DNA from: Clostridia bacterium
GTDB lineage: Bacteria; Bacillota; Clostridia; Christensenellales; Aristaeellaceae
Direction: 5' to 3'
Assembly (NCBI GenBank): GCA_017481825.1
Contig: JAFUOR010000020.1
Location: forward strand, 753 to 64,752
Length of the DNA stretch: 64,000 nucleotides
Within the stretch, counting starts at the first letter, position 1; the number at the start of each line of letters is the position of its first letter. Shown in pieces: positions 18,028 through 27,780 of this stretch. The translations under genes and the position numbers were made by a program. The notes under the pieces are model-generated. The model was not told the origin of the DNA and did not search any database. It saw only the letters and a program-made list of their open reading frames with translations.

Positions 18028-18840
18028 TCACTTTCCTCCATAGTTGTCGCCCCAGTAGGGCGCGTCCTTCTCCTGCACCCAAAGGTGCTCGTCGATGAAA
18101 ACCGGATAGTCAGGCTGCACATAGGGGCATCCATCCAGGTGGCGGATGGCCCACAGATACCACAGCGCGTACCCCGGCGGCGTGCACTGGGGATGTGTCA
18201 GTCCCGGCGCGATGCACACGGTATCATTGTTGTGCACCTTCACCACGTCCTCGCCCAGCTCTGCATAGGCAAAGCCATTGGCCGGGTTGGTCTTGTAATA
18301 GTAAACCTCCGGCTGCGGATGGTGATGGGGCGGATAGCTTGACCACTTGCCCGGGAAGCCGATCACCTCGCCCAGGACGAGGTTGGCATAGGGCGCGTTG
18401 GAATAATCGAAGATCGTTCGGACGATGCGGGTGCTCGTTTCATGCATCGTGCCTGCCCCGCGGAATTCGTCGGGGGTGTCCGTTGGCAGGTAGAGCTTCG
18501 CGGAGAATCCCCGCTCGTTCACCGTACGCAGGATGTTCACCTCGCACTCCTCGGACAGACAGATGATGGTCACGCCCTTCGTCCCCTTGGAGACATGCAG
18601 GGCAGTCGGCGGCACATCGAAGCAGTTCTCGCGGTACTCGGTGTGCTCCTGGCCGTCCCACTTGAAGCAGACCCTGCCATGCACCAGCAGGAACGCACGC
18701 TCCAGCGGGAACGCATCATGGAAACTCTCGCCGCATTTGAGCCGCAGCACGCCGAAGTCCATCATCATGTTGCCGGTATGCCGGGTGATTTCGGTATAGC
18801 CAAAGGCATGCTCGCCTCTGGCGCGGATGATCGCGTCCAT
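18028..18840 (-). CDS. iolB: 5-deoxy-glucuronate isomerase
   Basis: 270-aa cupin-type protein in the position, and of the length, expected for IolB. Sits between iolG and iolD. Confidence 0.85.
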   Translation of the reverse strand: MDAIIRARGEHAFGYTEITRHTGNMMMDFGVLRLKCGESFHDAFPLERAFLLVHGRVCFKWDGQEHTEYRENCFDVPPTALHVSKGTKGVTIICLSEECEVNILRTVNERGFSAKLYLPTDTPDEFRGAGTMHETSTRIVRTIFDYSNAPYANLVLGEVIGFPGKWSSYPPHHHPQPEVYYYKTNPANGFAYAELGEDVVKVHNNDTVCIAPGLTHPQCTPPGYALWYLWAIRHLDGCPYVQPDYPVFIDEHLWVQEKDAPYWGDNYGGK

Positions 18841-18841
18841 C

Positions 18842-19867
18842 TTACGCCTCCAGAATCTCAGAGATCTTCACCGGACGATGCTCGTCCAGGGACTTCTTCG
18901 CAGCCTTAGCCAGCACGACGCTCATCAATCCCGCATGGATGCCCACAGGCACTTCCTTGTCCTCGTTGATGGCGGCGATGAACTGCTTCATCTCCTCAAT
19001 GAAGGAGGCCATGTAGCGCTCCAGGAAGAAGTACTGGGGCTTGTCGCTCATCACGCCCGCCGCAGTGGAGACGCGTACGGTGGAATCACCGTCGTTTTCC
19101 CCTGCCGCCATGCCAAGAGAGCCAAAGACCTCCACGCGCTGGTCATAGCCATAGGCTGCGCGGCGGCTGTTGTCGATCACGCCCAGGGCGCCGTTTGCAA
19201 AGGTCAGCGTGACGATGGCAGTATCCACGTCGCCAGCCTCGCCGATGCGGGGATCGACAAGGGACGTGCCCATGGCATAGACCTCCGTTACATCGCAGCC
19301 CGCCAGGAACATCGCCATGTCAAAATCATGGATCATCATGTCGATATACAGTCCGCCGGAGGAGGCCGCATACTCAGGGCTCGGCGGCTCAGGATCGCGA
19401 GAGGTGATCTTGATCAGTTCCACATGGCCCAGGGTACCGCTCGCCGCCAGCTGCTGCACGCGCCCGTGGTTATGGTCAAAACGGCGGTTGAAGCCGATCT
19501 GCAGCTTCCTGCCGGTTTCTTTGGCAGTCTCGGCAGTTTTCCTGATTTTCTCGATGGTCAGGTCAACCGGCTTTTCGCAGAAGACATGCTTCCCTGCCCT
19601 CATGGCTGCGATGGAAATATCCGCATGGGTCGGTGTGGGTGAGCAGACCAGCACTGCGTCAATCTGAGGATCATTGATGATATCCATATAGTCCGTACCA
19701 TAGGCAGGCACGCCATAGGTCTCCGCCAACGCCCTGGCAGCGGGCTCATACACGTCCGTCACGCGCACGACCTGCGCCTGGGGAATATGATAGGCAATAG
19801 ACGCCGCATGCACCTTGCCGATACGACCTGCGCCAACGATACCGATATTCAGCTTCTTCATAGTCAA
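18842..19867 (-). CDS. iolG: inositol 2-dehydrogenase (Gfo/Idh/MocA family)
   Basis: N-terminal Rossmann motif (LNIGIVGAGRIGKVHA), 341 aa, iol context. Confidence 0.85.
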   Translation of the reverse strand: MTMKKLNIGIVGAGRIGKVHAASIAYHIPQAQVVRVTDVYEPAARALAETYGVPAYGTDYMDIINDPQIDAVLVCSPTPTHADISIAAMRAGKHVFCEKPVDLTIEKIRKTAETAKETGRKLQIGFNRRFDHNHGRVQQLAASGTLGHVELIKITSRDPEPPSPEYAASSGGLYIDMMIHDFDMAMFLAGCDVTEVYAMGTSLVDPRIGEAGDVDTAIVTLTFANGALGVIDNSRRAAYGYDQRVEVFGSLGMAAGENDGDSTVRVSTAAGVMSDKPQYFFLERYMASFIEEMKQFIAAINEDKEVPVGIHAGLMSVVLAKAAKKSLDEHRPVKISEILEA

Positions 19868-19897
19868 TCGCTCTCCTCTATGCCATTGCGAATCTGA

Positions 19898-21409
19898 TCA
19901 CAGGCTTCCGTCCCAGGTGTCCACGGATTTCTTCTGCTTTTCTTCCTCGTCAAACCAGCGGGCAGTCACACACTTGGATTCGGTATAGAACCGGAAGGCG
20001 TCCTTGCCGTGGCAGTGCAGATCGCCGAAGAAACTCTTCTTGTGTCCGCAGAAGGGAAATACGCCAATCGGAACCGGAATACCGACGTTCACACCCACCA
20101 TGCCGCCGTCGGTACGCTTGGCAAACTCGCGGGCGTAGTGACCGCTCTGGGTGAAGATCACCGAACCGTTGGCGTAGGGGTTGCGGTTCATCAGGGCGAG
20201 GCCCTCCTCAAAGTCCTTCACGCGCTTGATGCACAGCACCGGGCCAAAGACCTCACGAGTGCCGATGGTCATATCCTCGGTAACGCGGTCAAAGATGGTG
20301 TGTCCGATGTAGTAGCCATCCTCATAGCCCTCGACCTTCACGCCGCGGCCGTCCAGCACCAGCTGCGCGCCCTCCTGAATCCCCTTTTCGATCCAGTCCA
20401 GCACGAATTTCTGATGACCCTTGCTGCCCACGGGACCCAGGTCGCTGGTCTTGTCGTAGGCGGGGCCGACCTTCTGCTGGCGGCACAGGCGAACAAGCTC
20501 CGCCACCAGCGCATCGGCGATCTCTTCCTCCACCACCACCGCAGGCAGCGCCATGCACCTTTCTCCCGCGCAGCCGAAGGCGGAATTCATGATGCCTGCG
20601 GCCGTGCGGGTGATGGGCGCATCCTTGAGCACCAGCGCATGGTTTTTCGCCTCACACAGGGCCTGCACGCGCTTGCCGTGAGCCGCCGCCGTGGAGTACA
20701 CATGCAATCCCACCTCGGTTGAGCCGACGAAGGTCACGCCTCGCACATCCTCATGGGTCAGGAGGATCTCCGCCTCGCTGCGGCTGCAGGGAACGATGTT
20801 GAACACGCCGTCCGGCACACCCGCTTCCTTGTACAGCTCGGCAAACTTCATACAGGTCATAGGCGTGGTGGATGCAGGCTTGAGGACGAAGGTGTTACCG
20901 CAGACAATCGCCAGAGGCGCCATCCAGCCCACAGGGATCATCGCCGGGAAATTCCACGGCGCAATGCCTGCAAACACGCCCATGGGCTCCCGGTAAAGGG
21001 TCGTGTCATAGCCGGAGGAGGTATCCATAAGGCTCTCTCCCATCAGGAGCGACGGCGCGGAGCAGGCCAGTTCCGTCATTTCAAGGGCCTTGCCGACGTC
21101 GCCCGCCGCCTCCGACCAGCACTTGCCATTCTCCGTGGCGACCATGCGGGTCAGTTCCTCCATATCGCGTTCGATCAGATTGCGCAGCTTCATCATGATG
21201 GACGCACGCTTGCGCACGGGGGTGCTCTTCCACGCCGGATAAGCCGCCCTGGCTGCCGCGATGGCTGCCTCGACCTCGTCCCGGGTGCAGCAGGGCACCT
21301 GTGCAATGGGCTTGCCGGTGGACGGATCGTGGATGGTGTTGAACCTTTCGCTCTTGCTTTCAATCCACTGGCCGCCGATGTAGGGCCTCATGATGGGAAG
21401 GGTGGACAT
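19898..21409 (-). CDS. iolA: methylmalonate/malonate-semialdehyde dehydrogenase (CoA-acylating)
   Basis: 503-aa aldehyde dehydrogenase with an MmsA/IolA-like N-terminus (YIGGQWIESKS...) and the catalytic region FGCAGERCMA. Confidence 0.9.
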   Translation of the reverse strand: MSTLPIMRPYIGGQWIESKSERFNTIHDPSTGKPIAQVPCCTRDEVEAAIAAARAAYPAWKSTPVRKRASIMMKLRNLIERDMEELTRMVATENGKCWSEAAGDVGKALEMTELACSAPSLLMGESLMDTSSGYDTTLYREPMGVFAGIAPWNFPAMIPVGWMAPLAIVCGNTFVLKPASTTPMTCMKFAELYKEAGVPDGVFNIVPCSRSEAEILLTHEDVRGVTFVGSTEVGLHVYSTAAAHGKRVQALCEAKNHALVLKDAPITRTAAGIMNSAFGCAGERCMALPAVVVEEEIADALVAELVRLCRQQKVGPAYDKTSDLGPVGSKGHQKFVLDWIEKGIQEGAQLVLDGRGVKVEGYEDGYYIGHTIFDRVTEDMTIGTREVFGPVLCIKRVKDFEEGLALMNRNPYANGSVIFTQSGHYAREFAKRTDGGMVGVNVGIPVPIGVFPFCGHKKSFFGDLHCHGKDAFRFYTESKCVTARWFDEEEKQKKSVDTWDGSL

Positions 21410-21458
21410 GACCGTGTACCTCGTTTCTTATTGGATTCGGAATTGGGTCGGATAAATG

Positions 21459-22475
21459 TTACAGGGGCGTCACAACGTCGCCGCAGGTTTTCTTTTTTTC
21501 GGCGATGAACGCCAGGAGGGCGTCTTCGGTGGGCATGTCGCGGCTGCAGGCATGGCTGGCCACCAGCATGGCGGCGCTGGCGCTGCCCATTTCGAGGGCC
21601 TCGTTCAGGGGCTTGCCCATCAGCAGACCATGCAAGAAGCTGCTGGCATAGCCATCGCCGCCGCCAAAACCCTTGAGGGCGTCCACCGGGAAGGGCTTCA
21701 CGTCCCAGCTGCCATCGGAAACCGAATAGGCGCAGGAGCCCTTCTTGCCGTGCTTGATCACCAGCACCTGAACGCCCTTTGACTGCCAGTAGGCGGCAGA
21801 AGCCTCGTCCGTACCGTCCAGCCCCAGCAGGCGCTCCATCAGGTCGAACTCCTCGCGGGAACCCAGCACCATGTCGCTCTTCTCCGCCACGAGCGAGGTG
21901 TAGATAGCAATCTCATCCTTGTTCTTCCAGGTGTAGGCGCGGTAGTCCGCATCGAAGATTACCATCGTGCCGGTCTGCTTTGCATAGGCCAGAGCCTTCA
22001 GGCTAGCCTCGCGGGTCGGGCTGGTGCACAGCGCCGTGCCGGAGATCAGCAGCGCCTTGCTGGAGGCGATGTAGGCCTTATCCACATCGTCGGGATGCAG
22101 CATCAGGTCAGCCACGCCCTCGCGGTACATGAGGATAGAGCTCTGGGTGGGCGACAGGATTTCCGTGAAGGTCAGCCCCAGCTTTTCACCGTTTTGGCAG
22201 CGGGTGATGTGGCTGACGTCGATGCCCTCGTTGACAAAATAGTTCGTCACGAAATCGCCGAACTGGTCGTCGGAAACCTTGCCCAGGAAGCCGACCCTGC
22301 GGCCCAGGCGAGCCAGGCCCACCGCGATATTCGCCGGCGAGCCGCCCAGATATTTGTTGAAGTGCTGGCTCTCCGACAGCGGCCTGTTATAATCCGTGGG
22401 ATTGAAATCAATCGCTACACGCCCCACCGGAATCACGTCCAGCGGTCTGGATGCATCAAACTTGATCATGGTCAT
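21459..22475 (-). CDS. iolC: 5-dehydro-2-deoxygluconokinase (PfkB family)
   Basis: 338-aa PfkB-type kinase (LGGSPANIAVGLARLG; C-terminal GGGDGYASSFL), iol context. Confidence 0.85.
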   Translation of the reverse strand: MTMIKFDASRPLDVIPVGRVAIDFNPTDYNRPLSESQHFNKYLGGSPANIAVGLARLGRRVGFLGKVSDDQFGDFVTNYFVNEGIDVSHITRCQNGEKLGLTFTEILSPTQSSILMYREGVADLMLHPDDVDKAYIASSKALLISGTALCTSPTREASLKALAYAKQTGTMVIFDADYRAYTWKNKDEIAIYTSLVAEKSDMVLGSREEFDLMERLLGLDGTDEASAAYWQSKGVQVLVIKHGKKGSCAYSVSDGSWDVKPFPVDALKGFGGGDGYASSFLHGLLMGKPLNEALEMGSASAAMLVASHACSRDMPTEDALLAFIAEKKKTCGDVVTPL

Positions 22476-23293
22476 TCTGCCTTTCCCGCGCTGCCAAAGA
22501 GCGCGATGTATTTTTGTGTCACAAGCTTCACCGCAGCGGCGCCATCGGTGATATTGCGGAAGATATCATCCGTCCTTGGCGCAAGGGCTGCCGCGCGGAA
22601 GATGTCCGTGGCAATGTTGATCTTGCGCATGCCCAGGCCGATCAGCTTCACAAACTGCCCGTCCGTCAGGCCCGTGCCGCCATGCAGCACCAGATACGAG
22701 CGGAGCTTTCCGGACAGCTGCTCCAGAATGTCATAGCGCAGCTCCGGCGTGGCGGCGTAGAGTCCATGAGCGTTGCCGATGCCCACGGCAATGGCGTCAA
22801 TCCCCGCATCGTCCATGGCCAGGCAGTCATCAATGGAGGCCGCCGCCATGGGGCAGTCGCTGCCGTCCTCGCCCCGGCCCACACGTCCGACCTCCGCCTC
22901 CACAGCAGCGCCACTTTCACGGGCCAGAGCCACCACGCGCTTCACCTCGGCGATGTTCTGAGCGATGGGCAGCGTGGAGCCATCCAGCATCACCGATGTG
23001 AAGCCCAGGGCCAGCGCCTCCTGTACACAGGGGATGGTTGCGCCATGATCCAGATGCACCGCTACCGGCACCCTGGCATGGCGTGCTGCGGCCACCATCA
23101 TCGGCCCAAGCATGGCAAGGGGCGTATGCCTGAGGCGCGTTTCGGCGCACTGCATGATGATGGGCGCACGCATCTCCTCAGCGGCCTGAATGACGCCCAT
23201 GACGCACTCCAGATTCGCAACGCTGAAGGATCCCACGGCATATCCGCCCTTGTGCGCGTCGTGCAAAAGCTCCCGCATGTTATATAGAGGCAT
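22472..23293 (-). CDS. iolJ: class II aldolase, probable 6-phospho-5-dehydro-2-deoxy-D-gluconate aldolase
   Basis: 273-aa class II FBP-aldolase family protein (GYAVGSFSVANLE, HLDHG). First gene of the iol operon. The symbol is assigned from context. Confidence 0.8.
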   Translation of the reverse strand: MPLYNMRELLHDAHKGGYAVGSFSVANLECVMGVIQAAEEMRAPIIMQCAETRLRHTPLAMLGPMMVAAARHARVPVAVHLDHGATIPCVQEALALGFTSVMLDGSTLPIAQNIAEVKRVVALARESGAAVEAEVGRVGRGEDGSDCPMAAASIDDCLAMDDAGIDAIAVGIGNAHGLYAATPELRYDILEQLSGKLRSYLVLHGGTGLTDGQFVKLIGLGMRKINIATDIFRAAALAPRTDDIFRNITDGAAAVKLVTQKYIALFGSAGKAE

Positions 23294-23495
23294 GATCGTA
23301 CTCCTTCTTCTGTTCTCGACGTATCTTGCAGCGAAAGAGAATAGGCAGGCACCTCTGTGACTGCAGCCGGTATTATGGGAACGTTCATCATTTTCTCTTA
23401 TAGCATATCACATTACGGAGCAACTTGCAAGCACTTTACACATTACATCATCACAAGTTTACCATCATTTAACCTTTACATGCCTGCAAAATGTG

Positions 23496-23524
23496 TTGCA
23501 AGACGGTGAAACCTCTGCTATACT
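23496..23524 (+). promoter_or_regulatory. putative sigma-A promoter of the GH105 gene
   Basis: TTGCAA - 17 nt - TATACT, about 40 nt before the ATG at 23567. Confidence 0.45.
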
Positions 23525-23566
23525 GAAACCAGCAAAGCCCCCGCAGGGGCACACGGAGGGATCACC

Positions 23567-24637
23567 ATGAACTACAACGAGATCGCAAAGCTGGTCATGA
23601 GCCGCCTGGTCGCCACCAAGGATGGCGGCATGGGCAATCCCGAGGATCATATGAACCTGTCCACCTGGGAGTGGCCCCAGGGCGTGGCGGTGTACGCCAT
23701 GATGAAGGTATACCTCACCACCCGCAGCGAAAGCGACCTGGAGGATATCCGGAGCTGGTATGCAGCCCATATCGAGCGCGGTCTGCCGGTGCGCAACATC
23801 AACACCACCGCGCCCATGCTGGCGCTGACCCTGCTCTATGAGGAAACCCACGACGAAACATACCGCCCGCTGATCGAAGACTGGGCCAACTGGGTCATGA
23901 CAGGGCTTCCCCGTACGCAGGAGGGCGGCTTCCAGCACATCACTACCCACGACATCAACGAGGAGCAGCTTTGGGACGACACCCTGTTCATGACCGTGCT
24001 CTTCCTCTACCGCGCAGGCGTGGCGCTGGGCCGCAGGGATTGGCGCGAGGAAGCCAAGTATCAGTTCCTGCTGCACATCAAATATCTGCACGCCCAGAAG
24101 ACCGGGCTGTGGTATCACGGCTTCTGCTTCATCGGCCGCCATCATTTCGGCGAGGCCTACTGGGCCCGCGGCAACAGCTGGTTCACCGCCGGTGCGGTGG
24201 ACTTCCTGGAATGGCTGGAGCAGGATGAGGACACCAACAACTGCGTGAGGGTCTTCATCCTGAACGCCTGGCGCGAGCAGTGCCTGAAGCTCGTCGAGCT
24301 GCAGGACAAAGAGAGCGGCCTGTGGCACACGCTGCTGGATCACCCCGACAGCTATCTGGAGACCTCCGCCAGCGCTGCCATTGCCTATGGCCTGCTCAAG
24401 GGCGTGCGCCTGGGGCTGCTGGAGGACGAATGCAGATCCGCGGCCGAGCTGGCCCTCAAGGGCGTGATCGCGCAGATCGGCGAGGACGGCATCGTGCAGG
24501 GCGTATCCTACGGCACGCCCATGGGGCATGATCTTGACTTCTACCGCACCATCCCGATCCAGGCCACCGCCTATGGACAGGGGCTGACGTTCCTGATGCT
24601 GACGGAAGCAATGCGGGAACAGGATATTCCAAATTGA
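23567..24637 (+). CDS. glycoside hydrolase family 105 (unsaturated rhamnogalacturonyl/uronyl hydrolase, YteR-like)
   Basis: 356 aa with YteR-like blocks (QEGGFQH, LWDDTLFM, KTGLWYHGF, YWARGNSWF, ESGLWHTLLD, LETSASAA). Confidence 0.85.
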   Translation: MNYNEIAKLVMSRLVATKDGGMGNPEDHMNLSTWEWPQGVAVYAMMKVYLTTRSESDLEDIRSWYAAHIERGLPVRNINTTAPMLALTLLYEETHDETYRPLIEDWANWVMTGLPRTQEGGFQHITTHDINEEQLWDDTLFMTVLFLYRAGVALGRRDWREEAKYQFLLHIKYLHAQKTGLWYHGFCFIGRHHFGEAYWARGNSWFTAGAVDFLEWLEQDEDTNNCVRVFILNAWREQCLKLVELQDKESGLWHTLLDHPDSYLETSASAAIAYGLLKGVRLGLLEDECRSAAELALKGVIAQIGEDGIVQGVSYGTPMGHDLDFYRTIPIQATAYGQGLTFLMLTEAMREQDIPN

Positions 24638-24655
24638 TCGTGCAAACAAAACTGA

Positions 24656-24688
24656 GGCTGCAGCCCGGATTAGACTGCAGCCTTTTTG
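24656..24688. terminator. bidirectional terminator between the convergent GH105 and GH38 genes
   Basis: GGCTGCAG-loop-CTGCAGCC with TTTTT on the plus side and TTTTGTTTG on the minus side. Confidence 0.6.
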
Positions 24689-24692
24689 CACC

Positions 24693-27600
24693 TTAGCTGG
24701 GAATGAAGCGCAGCGTTTTCACCTCAAAGGGACGGAGGGTGATTTTCATTTGCAGACCCTCGTTTTGATATTCGCCCTGGATGCTTTCCGCCATATCGCA
24801 CAGGTACCACTTTCCGGGAGCGGGGGCGATGACCATGCCGCTGGCATGGGTACGCAAACTCTCATACAGACGGAGGATGACGCCGTTTCCGTCGTCTGCC
24901 ACCTTCACGGTTTCCAGAATGATGCTGTCGCTGTCGCACCAGTAGCCGCTGAAGGGTGTGCAGGTGCTGCATGGAAGCTCGATGACCGGCGTGCAGAATT
25001 CATACCCGGCCTTGACCACGCCGCTGTCGGCAAAGCCCGTGGCAAAGGGCATGATGGCATAGCGGAAGGCATGCTCACCCCGATCACAGGTGTCGTCCGG
25101 CACCAGCGGCGCACGCAGCAGAGACAGGGCTATCTCGCCCCGATCGGTGGAGACGCCGCGAATCCCGTCCGTCAGGATGGCAAAGCCGCGTTTCTCCTCG
25201 CACAGCGCTGTCCAGCGGTTGCTACAGGATTCGTAGCGGTCCGCCGCATAGGCATGGGAGGCATGGCAGGGACGGCGAACATGGCCGAACTGTATCTCAT
25301 GCAGCGCATCGTCGCACAGAACATTCGATTCAAAATGCACCTTGAGAAGCCTTCGGCGTTCCTTCCAGTCGATGGAAACCAGGAATTCAAGATGCCGCTC
25401 CCCGCCCTGCAGGGATATCCACTGCTCCGCCCTGCTGCTGCCAAAGGCATATTTCACGTTCAGTACAGCCCGCTGCGGCGTGTTCTCCACAATCCGGCAT
25501 TCGGCGTGGAAATCCGCATCCAAAAGCCCGCGCCGCCAATCGCGATCCATCTCCCAGGCGTCGTAGACCGTTTGCACATTGTCGTAGAGTCGCCAGGCGT
25601 TCATGCGCTGACCGGGGTTCATGAGCGGCAGACCGCTGCGCTTATCTGTAATAGCGGTAACGGCGCCGCTGCGGTCGATCGTCACTGCCATGCAGCTGTT
25701 TTCAAGCAGGAAGCCTGCTGCCGTCTCAGTGATGCATACATCGCCTGGTTGCACCGGCAGGGGCGTCGGCACCGCTGCGCCCGAGGGGGGCAGCTCCGCA
25801 TAAATCTCACCCACCCACGCCCGGCGGTGCCAGGGAAGCGTATTGACCACCACCGCGTCCTCCGCAGGCTTGATGCCAAAGGCACGCTGGCAGCGCCGTT
25901 CCTTCATTTCAGACAGCCTGCTGATCTGCTCGCTCAGCGCCGCCTCAGCCTCCTCATGCACGCGCCTGATGCCCACGCCGCCTGCCACATCGTGGAACTG
26001 GTTGAACATCAGCACGTCCCATGCCTCGTCGATCACGCTCTGGTGCAGCATCCGCTCTCTGGGCGGCAGCAGCGTCATGAGCATCTCGGCCTCGTGCAGC
26101 GCCCGCTCCAAGGACGCCGCCAGCCACTTCGTTTTACGCTGGACCGTGTACGTCCCGCGATGCCAGGACAGATACAATTCGCCCACCCAGCGGTTTCCCT
26201 CGGCCTGGCGGGCTGTTTCCTCAAAGAAGGCCTTCAAGCCGCCGTAATGGGAACGCGGTATGCCTTCCAGATCCTCCAAACGCCGGACGGACTCCAGCAT
26301 GTCGCGAGTTGGGCCGCCGCCGCCATCGCCATAGCCGAAGGGATACAGCAGGGTATCGATGTTTTCCGTCTGGGCGCGGTTATCCTCCCAGCGCTGCACA
26401 TACTGCGCCGGGCTGACCGTCGCGTTGCTCTTGAAGAAGGACAGCGCCGTAACCGCCGAGCCGTCGATGCCCTCCCAAATGAAGTTCTGATAGGGGAAGC
26501 GCTCGCACTCCGGGTCAGCACGCAGCAGCTTCTGCGTCGCAAAGTACGGTATCCCCAGCCCCTTCAATATCTGGGGCAGCGCGCCGGTATAGCCAAAGGT
26601 ATCCGGCTGCCATGCCACCTGGCTGTCCACGCCGAAGTGCTCCCGGAACCATCTTTTACCCCGCAGCAGCTGCCTGATCAGCGATTCGCCCGAGGGGAAA
26701 TTGGTGTCGCACTCTACATAAAATGCGCCCTCCGGATCAATCTGCCCCCGCGCAAATGCAGCCTTCACGCGCTGCCACACCTCCGGGTGCTGCAGGCGCA
26801 GCATGTCCATCAGCCGGGGCTCGCACAGCAGGAAGCAGAACTCAGGATATTCCTCCATCAGCGTCAGCTGGTTGGCATACGTACGGGCAACCTTGTGCCA
26901 GGTTTCCTCCTCCGGCCAGAGCCAGGCGAGGTCAATATGGGACTGCCCGATCAGCCACATGACCGGCGCGGTGGAGCCATTGCGGCACGCCAGCGCATCC
27001 CGGAGCACCCCGCGGGCTTTACGGAAGCTTTCGCGACGCTCCTGCGCAGGCAGGTCGAAATGGACGATGTGGGTATAATCCACCAGCGCTCTGGCCACCT
27101 TCTGCGCCCGCAGGCTCTTGTCCGGCAGCACCTGCAGCAGGCCGGTCAGAGTGTTCACATCCATGAGCAGCTGGTAGGCGTCCTCATTCCAGATGGCCAG
27201 GAAGCTCTCGCCCACCCGGCACTGCTGCTGAGGCGTCTCCGGCACGGCCCTGCACTCCGGCGGGCAAGGGCCGAGGTTCTCCAGGCGCGCACCATGGCCT
27301 GCATAGCTTTCGATCAACAGGCGGAAAGTCTCCCCTGCCCTGGCGCAGCGGCTGAGCGTGATATACCGGTGCTCCTTGTCGATGGAGCCCGCCGCCTGGC
27401 CGTTGACGTACACCAGCTGCTCGCCGCCCAGATGGCTGAAAAACACGATACGCTCGCCCTCGCAGGACGCTGGCAGCGTGACCTGGGCGGCAAACCAGGC
27501 GTACTCCCAGCAGGCGCCCCAGGCCGTTCCCACCGGATAGGGGTGGCGCGGCATGGCCTCCGCCTGGGCAGGGGTGAGACGCTCAAAGGTCGTGAAGCCC

Positions 27601-27698
27601 TCAAAGGACACGCTCTGTACGGTGGTATACTGGTGGCGCGCCAGCTCGTCATTCCAGGCGCGCAGGCGCTGCATCGGCTGTCGGCCCAACGCAATCAT
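24693..27698 (-). CDS. alpha-mannosidase, glycoside hydrolase family 38
   Basis: GH38 N-terminal motif (IGQSHIDLAWLWP), about 1000 aa. The ATG at 27698 has a GGAGGAGGGA RBS. The track start at 27800 overlaps the deoR stop region and is rejected. Confidence 0.9.
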   Translation of the reverse strand: MIALGRQPMQRLRAWNDELARHQYTTVQSVSFEGFTTFERLTPAQAEAMPRHPYPVGTAWGACWEYAWFAAQVTLPASCEGERIVFFSHLGGEQLVYVNGQAAGSIDKEHRYITLSRCARAGETFRLLIESYAGHGARLENLGPCPPECRAVPETPQQQCRVGESFLAIWNEDAYQLLMDVNTLTGLLQVLPDKSLRAQKVARALVDYTHIVHFDLPAQERRESFRKARGVLRDALACRNGSTAPVMWLIGQSHIDLAWLWPEEETWHKVARTYANQLTLMEEYPEFCFLLCEPRLMDMLRLQHPEVWQRVKAAFARGQIDPEGAFYVECDTNFPSGESLIRQLLRGKRWFREHFGVDSQVAWQPDTFGYTGALPQILKGLGIPYFATQKLLRADPECERFPYQNFIWEGIDGSAVTALSFFKSNATVSPAQYVQRWEDNRAQTENIDTLLYPFGYGDGGGGPTRDMLESVRRLEDLEGIPRSHYGGLKAFFEETARQAEGNRWVGELYLSWHRGTYTVQRKTKWLAASLERALHEAEMLMTLLPPRERMLHQSVIDEAWDVLMFNQFHDVAGGVGIRRVHEEAEAALSEQISRLSEMKERRCQRAFGIKPAEDAVVVNTLPWHRRAWVGEIYAELPPSGAAVPTPLPVQPGDVCITETAAGFLLENSCMAVTIDRSGAVTAITDKRSGLPLMNPGQRMNAWRLYDNVQTVYDAWEMDRDWRRGLLDADFHAECRIVENTPQRAVLNVKYAFGSSRAEQWISLQGGERHLEFLVSIDWKERRRLLKVHFESNVLCDDALHEIQFGHVRRPCHASHAYAADRYESCSNRWTALCEEKRGFAILTDGIRGVSTDRGEIALSLLRAPLVPDDTCDRGEHAFRYAIMPFATGFADSGVVKAGYEFCTPVIELPCSTCTPFSGYWCDSDSIILETVKVADDGNGVILRLYESLRTHASGMVIAPAPGKWYLCDMAESIQGEYQNEGLQMKITLRPFEVKTLRFIPS

Positions 27699-27780
27699 GT
27701 GATTCCCTCCTCCATCGATGATGGGATCTATGGAAAAGCGGGAGCCAGGAGCCTCCTCCTCTCTCCCGCTGCGAACCTGC

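Noticed and set aside
14715-18098. 1127-aa plus-strand ORF spanning the iolE-iolD region.
   Set aside because: It is antisense to genes with unmistakable IolE/IolD sequence. Its translation is Arg/His/Gly/Ala/Leu-rich low-complexity text with no motifs. Long stop-free antisense frames are expected in GC3-rich genes.
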